This document shows, piece after piece, positions 24,741-36,500 of a stretch of 42,704 nt of DNA. Source of the stretch: Candidatus Micrarchaeota archaeon. GTDB taxonomy: Archaea; Micrarchaeota; Micrarchaeia; Norongarragalinales; SBBD01. The first letter of the stretch is position 1; every line of letters starts with the position of its first letter. The position numbers and the translations under genes are program-made. The stretch covers positions 1 to 42,704 of the forward strand of contig JBDRLB010000052.1 in NCBI GenBank assembly GCA_043813365.1, written 5' to 3'. Under the pieces are notes generated by a model. It saw only the letters and a list, made by a program, of their open reading frames with translations, did no database searches and was not told where the DNA came from.

Positions 24741-27575
24741 TCAATTCTTCAAGTTTGCCCTGTTCACCGCTTTTGTGATTTTTATGAACGGCACCCCCTG
24801 CGAGTCCTTTGCGATTGCCCCCTGGATCACCACCTGACCTTTTACGGGCGCAGTGAATACGCCGTAGATTGTGCCGCTCTCGTCCTCAAGCTTGATCATC
24901 GATTGCGTGGCGCCTTTCCTCACTGTAGAGGCGTTCGCAGTGATCAATACCCTCTTCCCCTCTGCCGCAGACTTCACCAAATCATAGATGCGCTGCTTAG
25001 AGGATAAAGGTTTTTCCGTTTTTAAGCTTAATGCAGGCGGCTTTGCGGCTGTTTTTTGCGATGGCAAGGATCCGGCAAGTTGGGGGGCCTGTGTGATTGC
25101 GCCTTTCGGTTGCCGCATGCCCTGTTTTGATGCCGGGCCTTTCATCTGGGAAGGCGAGGTTTTTTTCGGGCCCGTTTTTGAAGCTGGCTGCGGAATTTCA
25201 GGCTCCTCTGCGTCCGCCTCCTGCTCTTCGGGATTTTCCTCGGACTCCTGCAGCTCGTCCTCAAGCCGGGAGGTTTCCTCTGCCTGCTCGATCTGCTCAT
25301 CCCCCACATTCCCTTCTATCTCCTGCTCCTCCAGGGGTGCCTGATCGGAAGGTTCTGCTCCGGCGGGCATCTGGGGCGTCCTTGGCAATGGAGCGGTTTT
25401 CATCGGCGCAGCTACTTTTGCATTCCTCTTTGGTGCCCCAATAGGTTCTAGGTTTTGTGCGTCCGTTGAGATTGCATTTGCAGGTTCGCTTCCTTCAGCA
25501 CCTTCAACGGGAGTTTCCTCTACCATCTGGGAAATTTCCTCGGTGCGCTTTGTTTGCACAACGCGTTCCTTGCGCACCTTCATCAGCTCGTCGCGCAATT
25601 TCTGCCTTATTGTCTGCAATTTCTTTGCATGCGTCGCCTTGATGCGCTTGTACTCATCCTCCTTGATCTGGCCTTCGATGTATTCCTCCTCGTTGCTTTC
25701 AAGTATCTGCTCAAGCGCCTCCTTTTCCTCCTGCAAATCTGAAATATGCGGCGGCATCTCGTCCCCTTGCGTTGCTAATTCAAGTTTTGTTTGCAGTTCG
25801 TTTATCATGAGCCGTGCATCCTCGACATCCTTCTTCAGGCCCGCCATGTCTTCGCGCGACACGTAATTGTCCAGCTTGCCGCTCATGGATTCGGTCATGT
25901 TCACTAGCTCTTTCAGCGATTCGGCAAGTATGTCCTGCTTCCCGCGGTAAAGCGTGAACTCGTTGAGCTTGCGGTTAAGCTCCACATAAACCCTTCCAGT
26001 CTCATCCGCCAGCCGCTCCACCTTGGAGACGGTATTGTCAATTTTAGAGCTGCGGTCGGCGATGTCCTTGCTTACTGTTGCGATGTTCTTCAGGCTTCCT
26101 ATGGCATCAAGCATGCCCCTGACACGGTTGAGGTTTTGACCCATGTCCCCGGTCATGGTCTCCATTTTCTCCAAGCGGAATGCCGCATCAGAGATCTGGC
26201 GGTCGCGTTTATCCAGCTCCTTGGCGAACCGCTGCGGCTCAAGGTCCGAAACCATCTCAATGAACTTGTCCAGCTTGGCCTCCTGCTCTTTGGTTGAGCT
26301 TTCCTTTTCGAACAGCATGGTCCGCAATTCCCCGATGCTCTCCCGGATTTGCTCGATGCGTTCCTCCATGACTGACCGCGAGCCTTCAGTGGATTCCACC
26401 TTCACTTTCAGCTTTTCTATCTCCAGCACGATCTTGGCCATTTCCGCTGCTGACATCCCGCTTTCCTCCCCGCCCCCTCCCCGGGTTGTCGGAAGCAATG
26501 GGGACGATTCCTCCTGCTGGGGCGCATTGCCGGATGAATCTGCGGCCCTGTCCGTCTGTGCCTTGTTGTATTCCGCCAGTTCTTCGGGCGTCATTTCCTC
26601 CGGAAGCTTGTCTGCCCACGAGGGCGCGCCTCCCGATTGCGCCGGTGCACTGCCGGATTGGGGAGCTGGAGAGGCTCCTTTTGCAGTTGCTGCCGATGCA
26701 GCCGGCTTTTGTTCTCCCTTGTTCAATTTGCCCATTATTCCTCCTAACATAGATCCCGACCTTTTTTCAGTTTCATTTGACGGATCTGCGGGGGGTTTGA
26801 AATCAAAATCCCTTTGCGGTTCGCGGGTTTTCTTCGGGTTAACGTTCAACGAGCGCATAATATCCGATGCGGGGTCGTCATATGGAAGCGTGGGCTCCTG
26901 TGGTTTTGCGGAGAATTTTGCAAGCCTTTCCTTGAAGGAGATGGGCTTGATAGCTGGCTCCGGTGAAATGTCCGGCAATGGCGCTTCTGCAAATTCATTT
27001 TCAGGGAGGCCGGAAATGGACCCTTCGGGTTCGGGGGAATCTTCAAGTTCATCCGCCTCAATTCGATCCTCCAATCTTGCCCTCCTTGGAATGGTTGGCT
27101 CCGAGAATTTTTCATACAGCCCCGAGGGCGATTCCACTTCTGTGCTCTCGCCGGAATAGCCTCCGGAGATCAGCCGGTTGATGCGCGAAAGCTTCTTGGT
27201 GTTCTCGACCTTCAGCTCGCTGTAGCTTTTTTCCGAAATCGCTCCCTCATTGTATGAATCCTCAAGGAAGGAAAGGAGGGATTCGATGTCATGCTTGTTC
27301 TTCTGCAGCTTTTCCTTCTTTCCCGCAAGCCTGTCATCGTAGTCTTCGGTTTCCTCCTCGGACTCGAGCTTCCTCAGGTTATCGAGGTTGCGGAGTGCCG
27401 CAGTTCGCTCGCTGTTGTAAAGATCAGGGGAAATGGTGCCAGTTTTGTAGGAATGCCCGAGGAAGGAGAGCAGTGCAAGGATGCCCTTCTCCAGGTTTTG
27501 CAGGTCCGCAGCTGGCGCTGGTGCGGATCCCTGCGAAGTGCCTTTTCTGGAAGGGATTTTTTTCACATGACTCAC
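24741..27575 (-). CDS. Hypothetical large cytoplasmic coiled-coil protein with three SHOCT-like motifs and a putative C-terminal OB fold
   Basis: 944-aa ORF, central ~300-aa coiled coil, repeated Y..G.I....Y motif, beta-rich C-terminus (IKLEDESGTI). GTG start uncertain (27575 or 27566). Confidence 0.82.
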   Translation of the reverse strand: MSHVKKIPSRKGTSQGSAPAPAADLQNLEKGILALLSFLGHSYKTGTISPDLYNSERTAALRNLDNLRKLESEEETEDYDDRLAGKKEKLQKNKHDIESLLSFLEDSYNEGAISEKSYSELKVENTKKLSRINRLISGGYSGESTEVESPSGLYEKFSEPTIPRRARLEDRIEADELEDSPEPEGSISGLPENEFAEAPLPDISPEPAIKPISFKERLAKFSAKPQEPTLPYDDPASDIMRSLNVNPKKTREPQRDFDFKPPADPSNETEKRSGSMLGGIMGKLNKGEQKPAASAATAKGASPAPQSGSAPAQSGGAPSWADKLPEEMTPEELAEYNKAQTDRAADSSGNAPQQEESSPLLPTTRGGGGEESGMSAAEMAKIVLEIEKLKVKVESTEGSRSVMEERIEQIRESIGELRTMLFEKESSTKEQEAKLDKFIEMVSDLEPQRFAKELDKRDRQISDAAFRLEKMETMTGDMGQNLNRVRGMLDAIGSLKNIATVSKDIADRSSKIDNTVSKVERLADETGRVYVELNRKLNEFTLYRGKQDILAESLKELVNMTESMSGKLDNYVSREDMAGLKKDVEDARLMINELQTKLELATQGDEMPPHISDLQEEKEALEQILESNEEEYIEGQIKEDEYKRIKATHAKKLQTIRQKLRDELMKVRKERVVQTKRTEEISQMVEETPVEGAEGSEPANAISTDAQNLEPIGAPKRNAKVAAPMKTAPLPRTPQMPAGAEPSDQAPLEEQEIEGNVGDEQIEQAEETSRLEDELQESEENPEEQEADAEEPEIPQPASKTGPKKTSPSQMKGPASKQGMRQPKGAITQAPQLAGSLPSQKTAAKPPALSLKTEKPLSSKQRIYDLVKSAAEGKRVLITANASTVRKGATQSMIKLEDESGTIYGVFTAPVKGQVVIQGAIAKDSQGVPFIKITKAVNRANLKN

Positions 27576-27597
27576 ATCTCATACTCTTTCCGGCATA

Positions 27598-30500
27598 TTA
27601 ACGTTTCCCACCGAAGCTCTTCAGCCTCGCATTCACCGACTCCAAATATGTTTCGCTCATCTTGAACAGCCCTTGCTTTAGCTTGTCGTTTGCAATCTTC
27701 AGCTCAAGCTCTACATCATATGTATCCGTGCCTTTCGCCTTGAGCTCGCCTATCTGCGCCTGCGCTGCCGCAATTTTCTCCTGCACTCCGGTTATCTGGT
27801 CCAGCTCCTCTTCCGTAAGCGCGAATGTGGAGTGCAGCAATGGCCTGAATGACACGAACCACGGCTTTCCATCATTGTATTCGGGGTTCTGCACAAGGCC
27901 CGTGCCGATCGTAAGCTTTGTGATCTTGCTCGCATACTCGATCCCGTACTTCGTCTTGACCCTGCCGATGTCTCCCTCGTACTTCGTGCGCAGCTGGATT
28001 TCATTCGCGATGTTTGCACGCACGGCTCCCTTGAAATCGAGCAATACTTGGGAGATCATGAACATGCCGATTCCCCACTTACGGAACTCGCGGTACCCCC
28101 TCTCCAGCTGGGAGTAAGCGCCTTTTCCTCCGTATTTCGGAAGCAGCCGGTGCACTTCATCGTAAACAATGAGCAGCTTGAGCTCCTTTGACTCAAGCGG
28201 ACGCATGTCGAAAACGGACTGGATGGATCTTCTGACGAAGCCATCCAATTGCGCAGGCTGGAGCTTGTTCATCACGAAAACGGTCATCTCCCCGGGGTTG
28301 AGGTATTTCTTGTAATCGATGGGATGGTTCGGGTCGAGAACGTTGAATATGGTCACCTTGTAGCTCTTCACATCCTCCGGCTTCATGCCGAATTTCGCAT
28401 ATAATGAAAGCATCTGCTTGTCCTTGTTCGGCCTGATGAAACCGGTCCATTGAGCAGTAGGGTCGAAGACTACGATGGGGATGCCGCGCTTCATCAATTC
28501 TTCCGATACCACCTGCGCGGATACTGACTTGCCAGAACCGGTGCCTCCCGCTGCAATTGAGTGTGTCTGTAGCTTGTCTATGTCTAGGTAACAGGACACA
28601 TCCGTTTCTGCTATCCTTCCAACCGGAATGGCACGCGGGCCTGGTTGCGGGAGCTTCTTGTAATCCAACGGCATCACGTACCTCTGGCCCTTCAATTTGC
28701 GCAATTTATATGCTGAGTATGCACGCCTTCCTCCGATGAACATTATTATGCCAATTATTAGCGCGTAGGTAAGCCAGCTGGAAGTGACTGTCTGCACTAC
28801 CAAGCCGGTGACGGAAGTGCCCGCTACTTCAAGCGAATCGGAGCCTACTGAAACTTTCCTTCCTTCGAGGTAAGTTGCCGTTACCTGGAAAATGTAAACT
28901 CCAGATTCGGTGTTCCCGGGAATCTGGGCGGAAGTTGTTCTCGTCACAATGTCGGAGATCTGCACCGTTTCGGAAGAGCTGTATATGGATTTGTCGTCGG
29001 TGAGGCCCTTCAATGCGTATTGCAAACTGACGTCGGTTGCAGCCTCCGCCTCCCCGCGGTTCACAATCGTGACTTCCGCGCGCATCAGGTCGCCCGGCCG
29101 GACGACTTTCGAAAGAACTGCGACTTTTATATCGAGCAGTGGATCCTTCGATTTTTCCACCCGGATCGTTATCGGGATTATCTTTACGACATTGCCGAGT
29201 TTGACAATCATGTCTGCAGTGTAAACTCCGGGGAACGTTGTGTCTGGAATATTTATCGCAATCTTCACTGATTCCGATTGCCTGCTCTTCACAACCAGCG
29301 TTGGCTTCTCTACAGTAATGAATGCGGCAGCATCACCCTCAACAAGGAACGAGCCCGTAAGGTCCGTATCGAGGTTGTTTACCAAATCCACAACTTGCGT
29401 GCGCTTATCTCCGGGCTTAACTGTAAGGTCTATTGCGCTTGCCCTCACCTCAGGAGGCCCTATTCTTCCGCCGCCTTCCCCTCCGCCGGACCCATTTCCA
29501 GCGCCCGCGCCGCCGGCGCCTCCAGCTGTCGGAGTAGCAGTCCCTCCGCCAGTGCCTGCGCCCGTTCCGGTTCCTGCACCGCCTCCGCCGGTTGTAGGCG
29601 TTGCTGTTGTGGTGGCAGTAGGAGTTGCGGTGGCATTCCCACCACCGCAATCCTGACTGCAAACTGCGTTGCTTTCCCCAGTAGAAACTTCGCAAACACC
29701 ATTGCCGCAGACGTACTCGGCAAGGGCGAAGCCCATACTAGCATTTGATGTCACATGCGTGAGCGTGCCCCTTGCAGAATCCCTAATCGAACTGACTCTT
29801 GTCCAATTGTCCATGCAGCCAGAAACGTTCTGGTAAAGCGAACATACATAAATCCCGAGATTGCCCTCGAAGGAATACGGCATCCCGAAGTAATTGAAAG
29901 TGATGTTCGCACTTGCGTAAGTTAGGTTGAGCTTGTATGTCACTCCGGAAAGTGCACCCGCCCCGATCCTGCTTGTCGGGATTATGCCCCAAATTACGGG
30001 ATCATAATAGCTCGCCCTCAAGGGCACGGAAGCAAGTATCAGGTTCTTGTTCCCAATGGAGGCATTCACATAGTAAGTGTCGTTGTAAACAAGCTGGCTG
30101 TAATGGCCGGTAGCGTTCGAGAAGAAATCATACATCACGGATGAAATGTTTGCCGAATTCAGCAGCCTGAACTCTACGGAAAGCGGCGATGCAGTAAGCT
30201 GCTCCGTATCCAATGCTCTTCCTGCAAAAATGATGGCGCTTCTTACTTCAAAAGTTCCCGAAGTGTAATTGCAGTTGTCAGAAGCATCGCATACCCGCGC
30301 ATTCACAGTGTAATTCCCTGCGACGGAAGTGTTGGTGAATACGAGCCTATAGAAATACGAATCGCCGCTCCGCGATAGATAGCTGAATGTGACAGCCTGC
30401 GTGCTTCCTCCGGGGTAGGTGATGTTCGCCTGCACCGCAGTAGAATTGAGGTACATCGTGCCGGTATCGGTCGCATTTATGGTGAGGTTCGCGTACTCGT

Positions 30501-33500
30501 TGAGCACTACTGTCCCGGGAGTAAGGAGTTCCACAAGCGGCGCTGTTGTGTCATTATAGCCAATTGCGCGCTGCTCCACTTTCGTGAGGTTGATGCGCCT
30601 TGAGAGGTCGAAGGCAGTGACGTTCAGGTCGTAAGATTTTCCAGTTGCAAGTGCCGGTGCAGTGAAATTGAGTATCCATATTCCCGAAGAGTAGGTTTGG
30701 GAATTCAATGTGACAAGCGTCTTTATGGAAGAGTCCTGCATAGTAAGGTTGAAAGCTATGTTGGATGAAAGCGGGATGCCTGCATAAGTCACATTAACAA
30801 ATGCAGAAATATTCTGGCCAGGGTTGACTCCGAGAATGGGCGAGCTTTCGGTCGGGGAAATGATAGTAACGTTATACGGGTGGACGGTGATGTTTACGAG
30901 CGTCACGCGATCTGGAGGCGTTGCCGTGCCGTTCTGCGTAGTGGCATTCCCGTAATAGCTTACTAACATGCTGGCTGCAGGAGCTGTGAAATTCACCTGG
31001 ATCGCGCCGCTTCCAAGCGGGGAAATCAGGAGGCTCGATGTGTTGAAGCTTATTATTGAGGAAACATTTCCTTGCGAAAGCACGTCGAGGTATAGGAGCT
31101 GGTTCCCTATGTTGCTGATTGAAATTGTGCCCAGCACTCCGGTGGTGCCCTGAATGACCTCAGCGGATAATGTTGAAGGAGCCTGCGTCCAGCTCAGGTT
31201 GGAGGGGATCACAACGGAAATTATCGCGCTATCCCCGGATGTATTGGTGGCGTTCGCAATGAGCAGCCCGGTGTAAACTCCAGGGCTGAAGCCGTTCGGG
31301 ACAATTACCTGGATGTCGACGTCCCTAGAGCCTCCGGATGTGATTGATGCGATGTTCGTTGGATTGAAGGATACTGTGAATGAGCTGCAGACAACTCCGC
31401 TGGTGCAGGAGTAGGTCACGCTGGAGAGGCCCGATGTGCCCTCCGAAATTATCGTGAACTGGCTGGAGCCGGCAGTGCCTGCGGGAACGGACATGCTCAC
31501 AGTTTCCTCGCTGATGTTCAATATGGATTCCGAGGGGATGCGGAGCTCAATTGTTGTCAAGTTCACCCCAGTTGTATTGTCAAGGTTCGTCCAGTTGATT
31601 GTGACGTTCGCATAATAGGTGCCTGCTGCGGTTCCCTTTGAAACGGAAAAGTTCATCAACACTGCAGTGCCGTTTGATGCGAGCAAGGTCCCCAAGGAGC
31701 TGCTGTTGGGGTAGGAGGAGAAGTTCTGGGGAAGGCTGATGTTGTAGGTCACATTGAAAACGCGGCCTACTCCCGTGTTATTGAAGGAGATTGCCGCGGT
31801 CGTGTTGGCGCCTTGGGATATCGTCATGTTGTAAAGAGTTATTGCAGGCGCAAACAATGAGACATTGGATGTGCCGATGACGGAAATGTTGAAAAGCGAA
31901 CTGCAGCTGACGGTATTTATGGTGTCATTAGCGCATACAATTATCGACTGGTTTCCTGTAACGGATGAGTTGTAGTATGCCGAGAAATAGTTGCCCGTGC
32001 CGGAAAGGAATGCCTGGTAAACAGAACCGTTTGCAGTGATGTTCACCCATGCTCCCGTAATGCCGAAATTGTCTGTGATAGTTGCGGAAATCAGCGCATT
32101 CCCGTAAATTGCCTCTATGCTTGTCGGGGTCGCATTCGCATTGGAAATTACGGGCGGAAGGTCAGTGACGTTGAGTGCGAGCGTTACCTGCTGCGATGCT
32201 GGAGAGCTGTTGCTCGCCAATATGCTGACAGTCCCGGGATAGTAGCCAATGGATGCGGAAGCAGAAACAATATAGCTCACGGAAACATTGCGCGTTATTT
32301 GCTTGTCAATGTCATACGCAACCGTCTGCATCCCGTCATATAGCAGCACAACAAGTGGCGGATTGAGCCCGGAAGTCACGAAGGTGAATGTGGATTTTAC
32401 GTTGCCGTTGTTCGATACGGTGATGTTGCCGATGACCCCGGTGGAATTCGTTGATACAGTGATGTTGCCGAATGTCGCTGGTGAGCGCGCCCATGTGCCA
32501 TTGGAAGTCAGGGTGAAATTAAGCATCACCGAATCCGTAAGACCGCTTGCATTCGCCTGCACGAATGTATAGAACGATCCTGGCGGCTGCGTTGGTGGGA
32601 CGGAAATGGAAATGTTGGAAGTGAAGTTGGACCCGGCTGCAAGGAGTCCCTGTGAATTCGGCAAAATGGATATCACGCAGCCCGGGCAGAGGACGCCTAT
32701 GTCTCCGCCAGTTGTTGTCAATTGAACATTCAGCAGCTGCTCATTGCCTGTTGCGGCAGTGGTGACGTTCGTAATTACGCCGCTGAAGCCGTTGAAAACG
32801 CTCAGCGACTTAGCTGAATCCACGATGTCAACGATCGGGTTTGCGGAAACGATAATATCCGTGCCGTTGGTTACGCTCAGCACTTGCAAATCAGGGTCCC
32901 TCCAGGTGGCATTTACAGTAATCCGGATCAGCTTCTGGGGAGTGGCGGGTAATACCGTCACAAGCACGGCCCATGTGCAGTTTCCTCCGGCAGGTATGTC
33001 GTTGCAGGAGCGGAAGGTATCGTTGTAAGTGATCTCGGAATTCGAATCATCCGAAATGGTCATGTTGGTCATATATGCGGGCACGGGACCGTAATTTGTA
33101 AGGTTGAGGGAAATTACGAATTGGAAACCCGAGGTTTGCGTGATGCCTGAAGCGGTTATCTGCACAGGTGAAATCGCAATGCTAGTATTCGTTTTCCCTA
33201 TGGATTCGAAATAGCCTGCAAATGAGGAGTTCACGTTGCTTTCCGGGGGCAAATCTACTGCATATATCATGACACTGTAGGTTCCATTTATTGTCGGGGT
33301 GTAATTCACCGCATACGTGCCATTGGAGAGCGGGTTCAGTGTGATGTTTTGAATAGTGCCATTAGGCCAGCTTATCGAGGCGTAAACATTGTTGACTCCA
33401 GTATCATCAAGCGCATACGCGGTGATCTGGGTGTAATTCAGGTTCGTCTCCAACGACTGGTTGGGAATGAGCGAAGTGTTGATGATCACGGGCGGCCTCG

Positions 33501-36500
33501 TGTCAAGCTCGGTTATGAACACCTGCGAGAAGTCGTTGTATGCGCTGTAGAATTTGGGCTGGTCGTCAAGTATCATGCATTGGAAGTTCACCTGCCCCTT
33601 CTGGCCGGGCGTATAGTTGTATGTTGCGAAGCCGCTCGAATTGGTGGTGATGTTCTCCGAATAGGTGCCTCCGGTATCGACGTAGGCGAAGGTGATGTTG
33701 TAATCCGGTATTTCAGCGCCGGAGTCGTGGTCGAACGCCTTGCATACTATCGTAACATTGAGCGGGAACGTGAGGATCGAGCCGTTAGACGGGTAAGCGA
33801 CGCTTACGTCCGCAAGCCCGGAGATCCTGATTATGGAGGAACTGCTTGCAGTGTCGTAATATGCCTTGGCGGACGTCACCGTGAAATTGCGGTAGCCAGT
33901 TTGCTGGCTCGTGAGCGCAAACGCAACCGGTGCGGCATTGGAAACGGTCGAGGCAAACTGGCTTGTTTCATTCGACCATGTGGCAATTAGGGAGATCGGG
34001 TTGCTGTTTTCATCCAGCACTGTTACTGCCAAATCGGCCGAATTCGCCTTGCTGTAGAACGAGCCGTTGAGGGGCGTCGTTATGTTGGAGAAAAGCACCC
34101 CGTTTACCGTTACGGGGGTGCTATTGGTATCCGAATCCTCGTTCCCTGCCTTGGAGGAATTCATGTAAAGCAAGTAGCTGCCCGGAGTCATGTTTTCCGG
34201 CGCATCATATATGAGGTTGCAGTAGCCGTTGATGTCCGTAGTGCAGTTGTATACGGGGAAAAGCGAGGAATTGAACAGCATTACAAGCGCATTCGCAGCC
34301 GAGCCTATATTCGCATCCTTCACGTGTATTGTGAAATTAGTCGCGTTCGGATAGAACGAATTGTTCCTGTAGATTGATGAATAGTCCGGCTGTATCTGGT
34401 CGATGATGAGCTGCCTCTTGAGCAATACGGAAATATTATGTGTGCTTGTGGAGGTGTTGTAGTAAAGGTATGCGTTATTGTCAATGATGCAGCTCACATT
34501 ATGTATCCCCGCAAGCTCAGAGGAGGTGACCCATTGCCATTCCGTTGTGCCGTTGACCGTGGTATTTGTGGTTTGCTGCAGCCCGCCGTCCTTGAAGAAC
34601 TCAACCGGGTAATTGGTGATGTTTGCATTCGTATCGTTGTCAATCACCTGGCAGATTACGGGTATGATGGAGCCTGCAACATCCTCCGTGCCGTTTGCAG
34701 GCGTAATTATGGTTACGCGGCTCCAGCCCCTGATGTATAGGGGAGTTGAGTTGGTGCCGTTTTCGTAATATTGCCTCGAGGCATTCGTGTAAATCGTGGT
34801 GCCTCCGAGCTTGTAGTTTTTTGGCACGGTCCAGTTTGCAACGTAATTTGTTGCCAGCAGCCTGGTGGTCTCGTTGTACCAGCTTATTGTCGCATCGGTG
34901 ATGTTGCTGCTGCATTCGTCCCTGATCGATGCGCTTAACGTCTGGTTGCGGTTCCGCAGTGCGATCCCGCCTGCAAAATTGGGCAGCACGGCAGTGTAAA
35001 GCTGGCCGTTAACGGTCAGGGAAGTATTGCTTGAATTGACATCCTTGTAGCACGAGTCAACGGTTTGCGCGTACCAGTATTGGATGCCCGCATTTGTAGT
35101 GCAAACTGGGTCATGCTGGATGGTGCAATTGCCATCCGTTGTTGCGCAGGTATAATTCGTGCCGTATTGTGAATTGTTCAGCGTGACGTATATGGTTGCC
35201 GCAGTGCCGTCTGGGTATATGCCGTAGTCCGAATCGTATATCCTTGCCTTTAAGGTTGCGATATCGGTTCCAATCCTTCTTATGGAGGTGTTGCTCGATG
35301 CATCAATCGTAACTGTGACGTCATCCTTTTCGGTCGTGAATGTCTTGACTTGGGTCGTGTCGTTGTAACCGAACGGGTCCTGCGTCGTGAAGTAGTAATA
35401 ATTGGTTCCCATGTCGCCGCAGGTGAAGTGGTGCTCGAATGTGGATGTGTTGGTGCCGCCGCCCGCGATGGTATAAACTATGCGCGAATCAATCGGGGCG
35501 AATGACACATTGTCGAGGCTCTTCCAGAGCGTGACGTTGTTCGGGTTTGTATCCGCATCCGTGACGGTAACCGTGAAAGTGTAAAGCCTTCCCCAGCCGT
35601 CTGATGTTGGGGAGACAGAATCAAAAGAAAGCGAAGGCGTGCTTCCTAGGAAGAAAGCCCATCCTTTCATTGTTGAATTCGAGATGTAGTAGTTCTTCGA
35701 AGCTGAGAACGTTATGTTGTAATAGCCCATGGGCCTGTTCGAGGAATCCCAAGTGCAGTTGTAATAGCCGCCTCCCTGGGTTATTGCGGTGCAAGTTACC
35801 GGTTGGAGGGAGCCTGTGCGCACGCTGAATGAGGGGGTTGCACCGGAAACAAGGGAGCATTCATCATAGAGCGAAACATTCATCGGCACCCGGTCTCCCC
35901 TAAGGAAGCCGTCACCCTCTGGAAAGGTGATGAACGGGTAAAGCGGCGCGTTCAGCGTGACGGAGTAATTGCTGGAGTTGGTATTCTTGTAGCACATGTT
36001 GCCCGTTGTGCCGCCCTTCCATTTCTGGACTGCGGCAGTATAGCTGCACGTGGGGTCGAATTGGTAGTTTGCATAGCCGCTGGCATTTGTGGAGAGCAGC
36101 GTTCCGTCGTCATAAAGGGAAGTGTTGGTTGTAATCCACATTGTGATGTTCCAGCCTAGCCCGAGGTATTCGTCCTTGTCCGTGTCCCTCACAAGAATCG
36201 AAAGCATGCTTGATGCGCTCGCGTTCCTTTGGATGGTAGATCCGTCACCAATTGCCATCGAAAGGTTGACATCATCCGCTTCGAGGCTGAAATTGCCGAA
36301 GGTGGAATTGGTGACATATCCCCTTGAATCAGTTGATTCGAACCGGAAGTTCCAGCTCCCAATGTCGGAGCAGGATAATGCGCCAGAATAAATTGAGAGG
36401 TTCACGAGCTGGTTCGAGGGAGCGACAACTGTTGTGAAATTATATAGCGTCCAGTCCTCTGTGTCGTTTTTCTTTGCAAAGAGCCTGACAGTGTTGGTGT

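Noticed and set aside
26143..27159. 338-aa plus-strand ORF and similar long antisense ORFs (e.g. 22843-23523, 21711-22439, 38197-39021, 3400-4008)
   Set aside because: They are shadows of well-supported opposite-strand genes and show no recognisable motifs.
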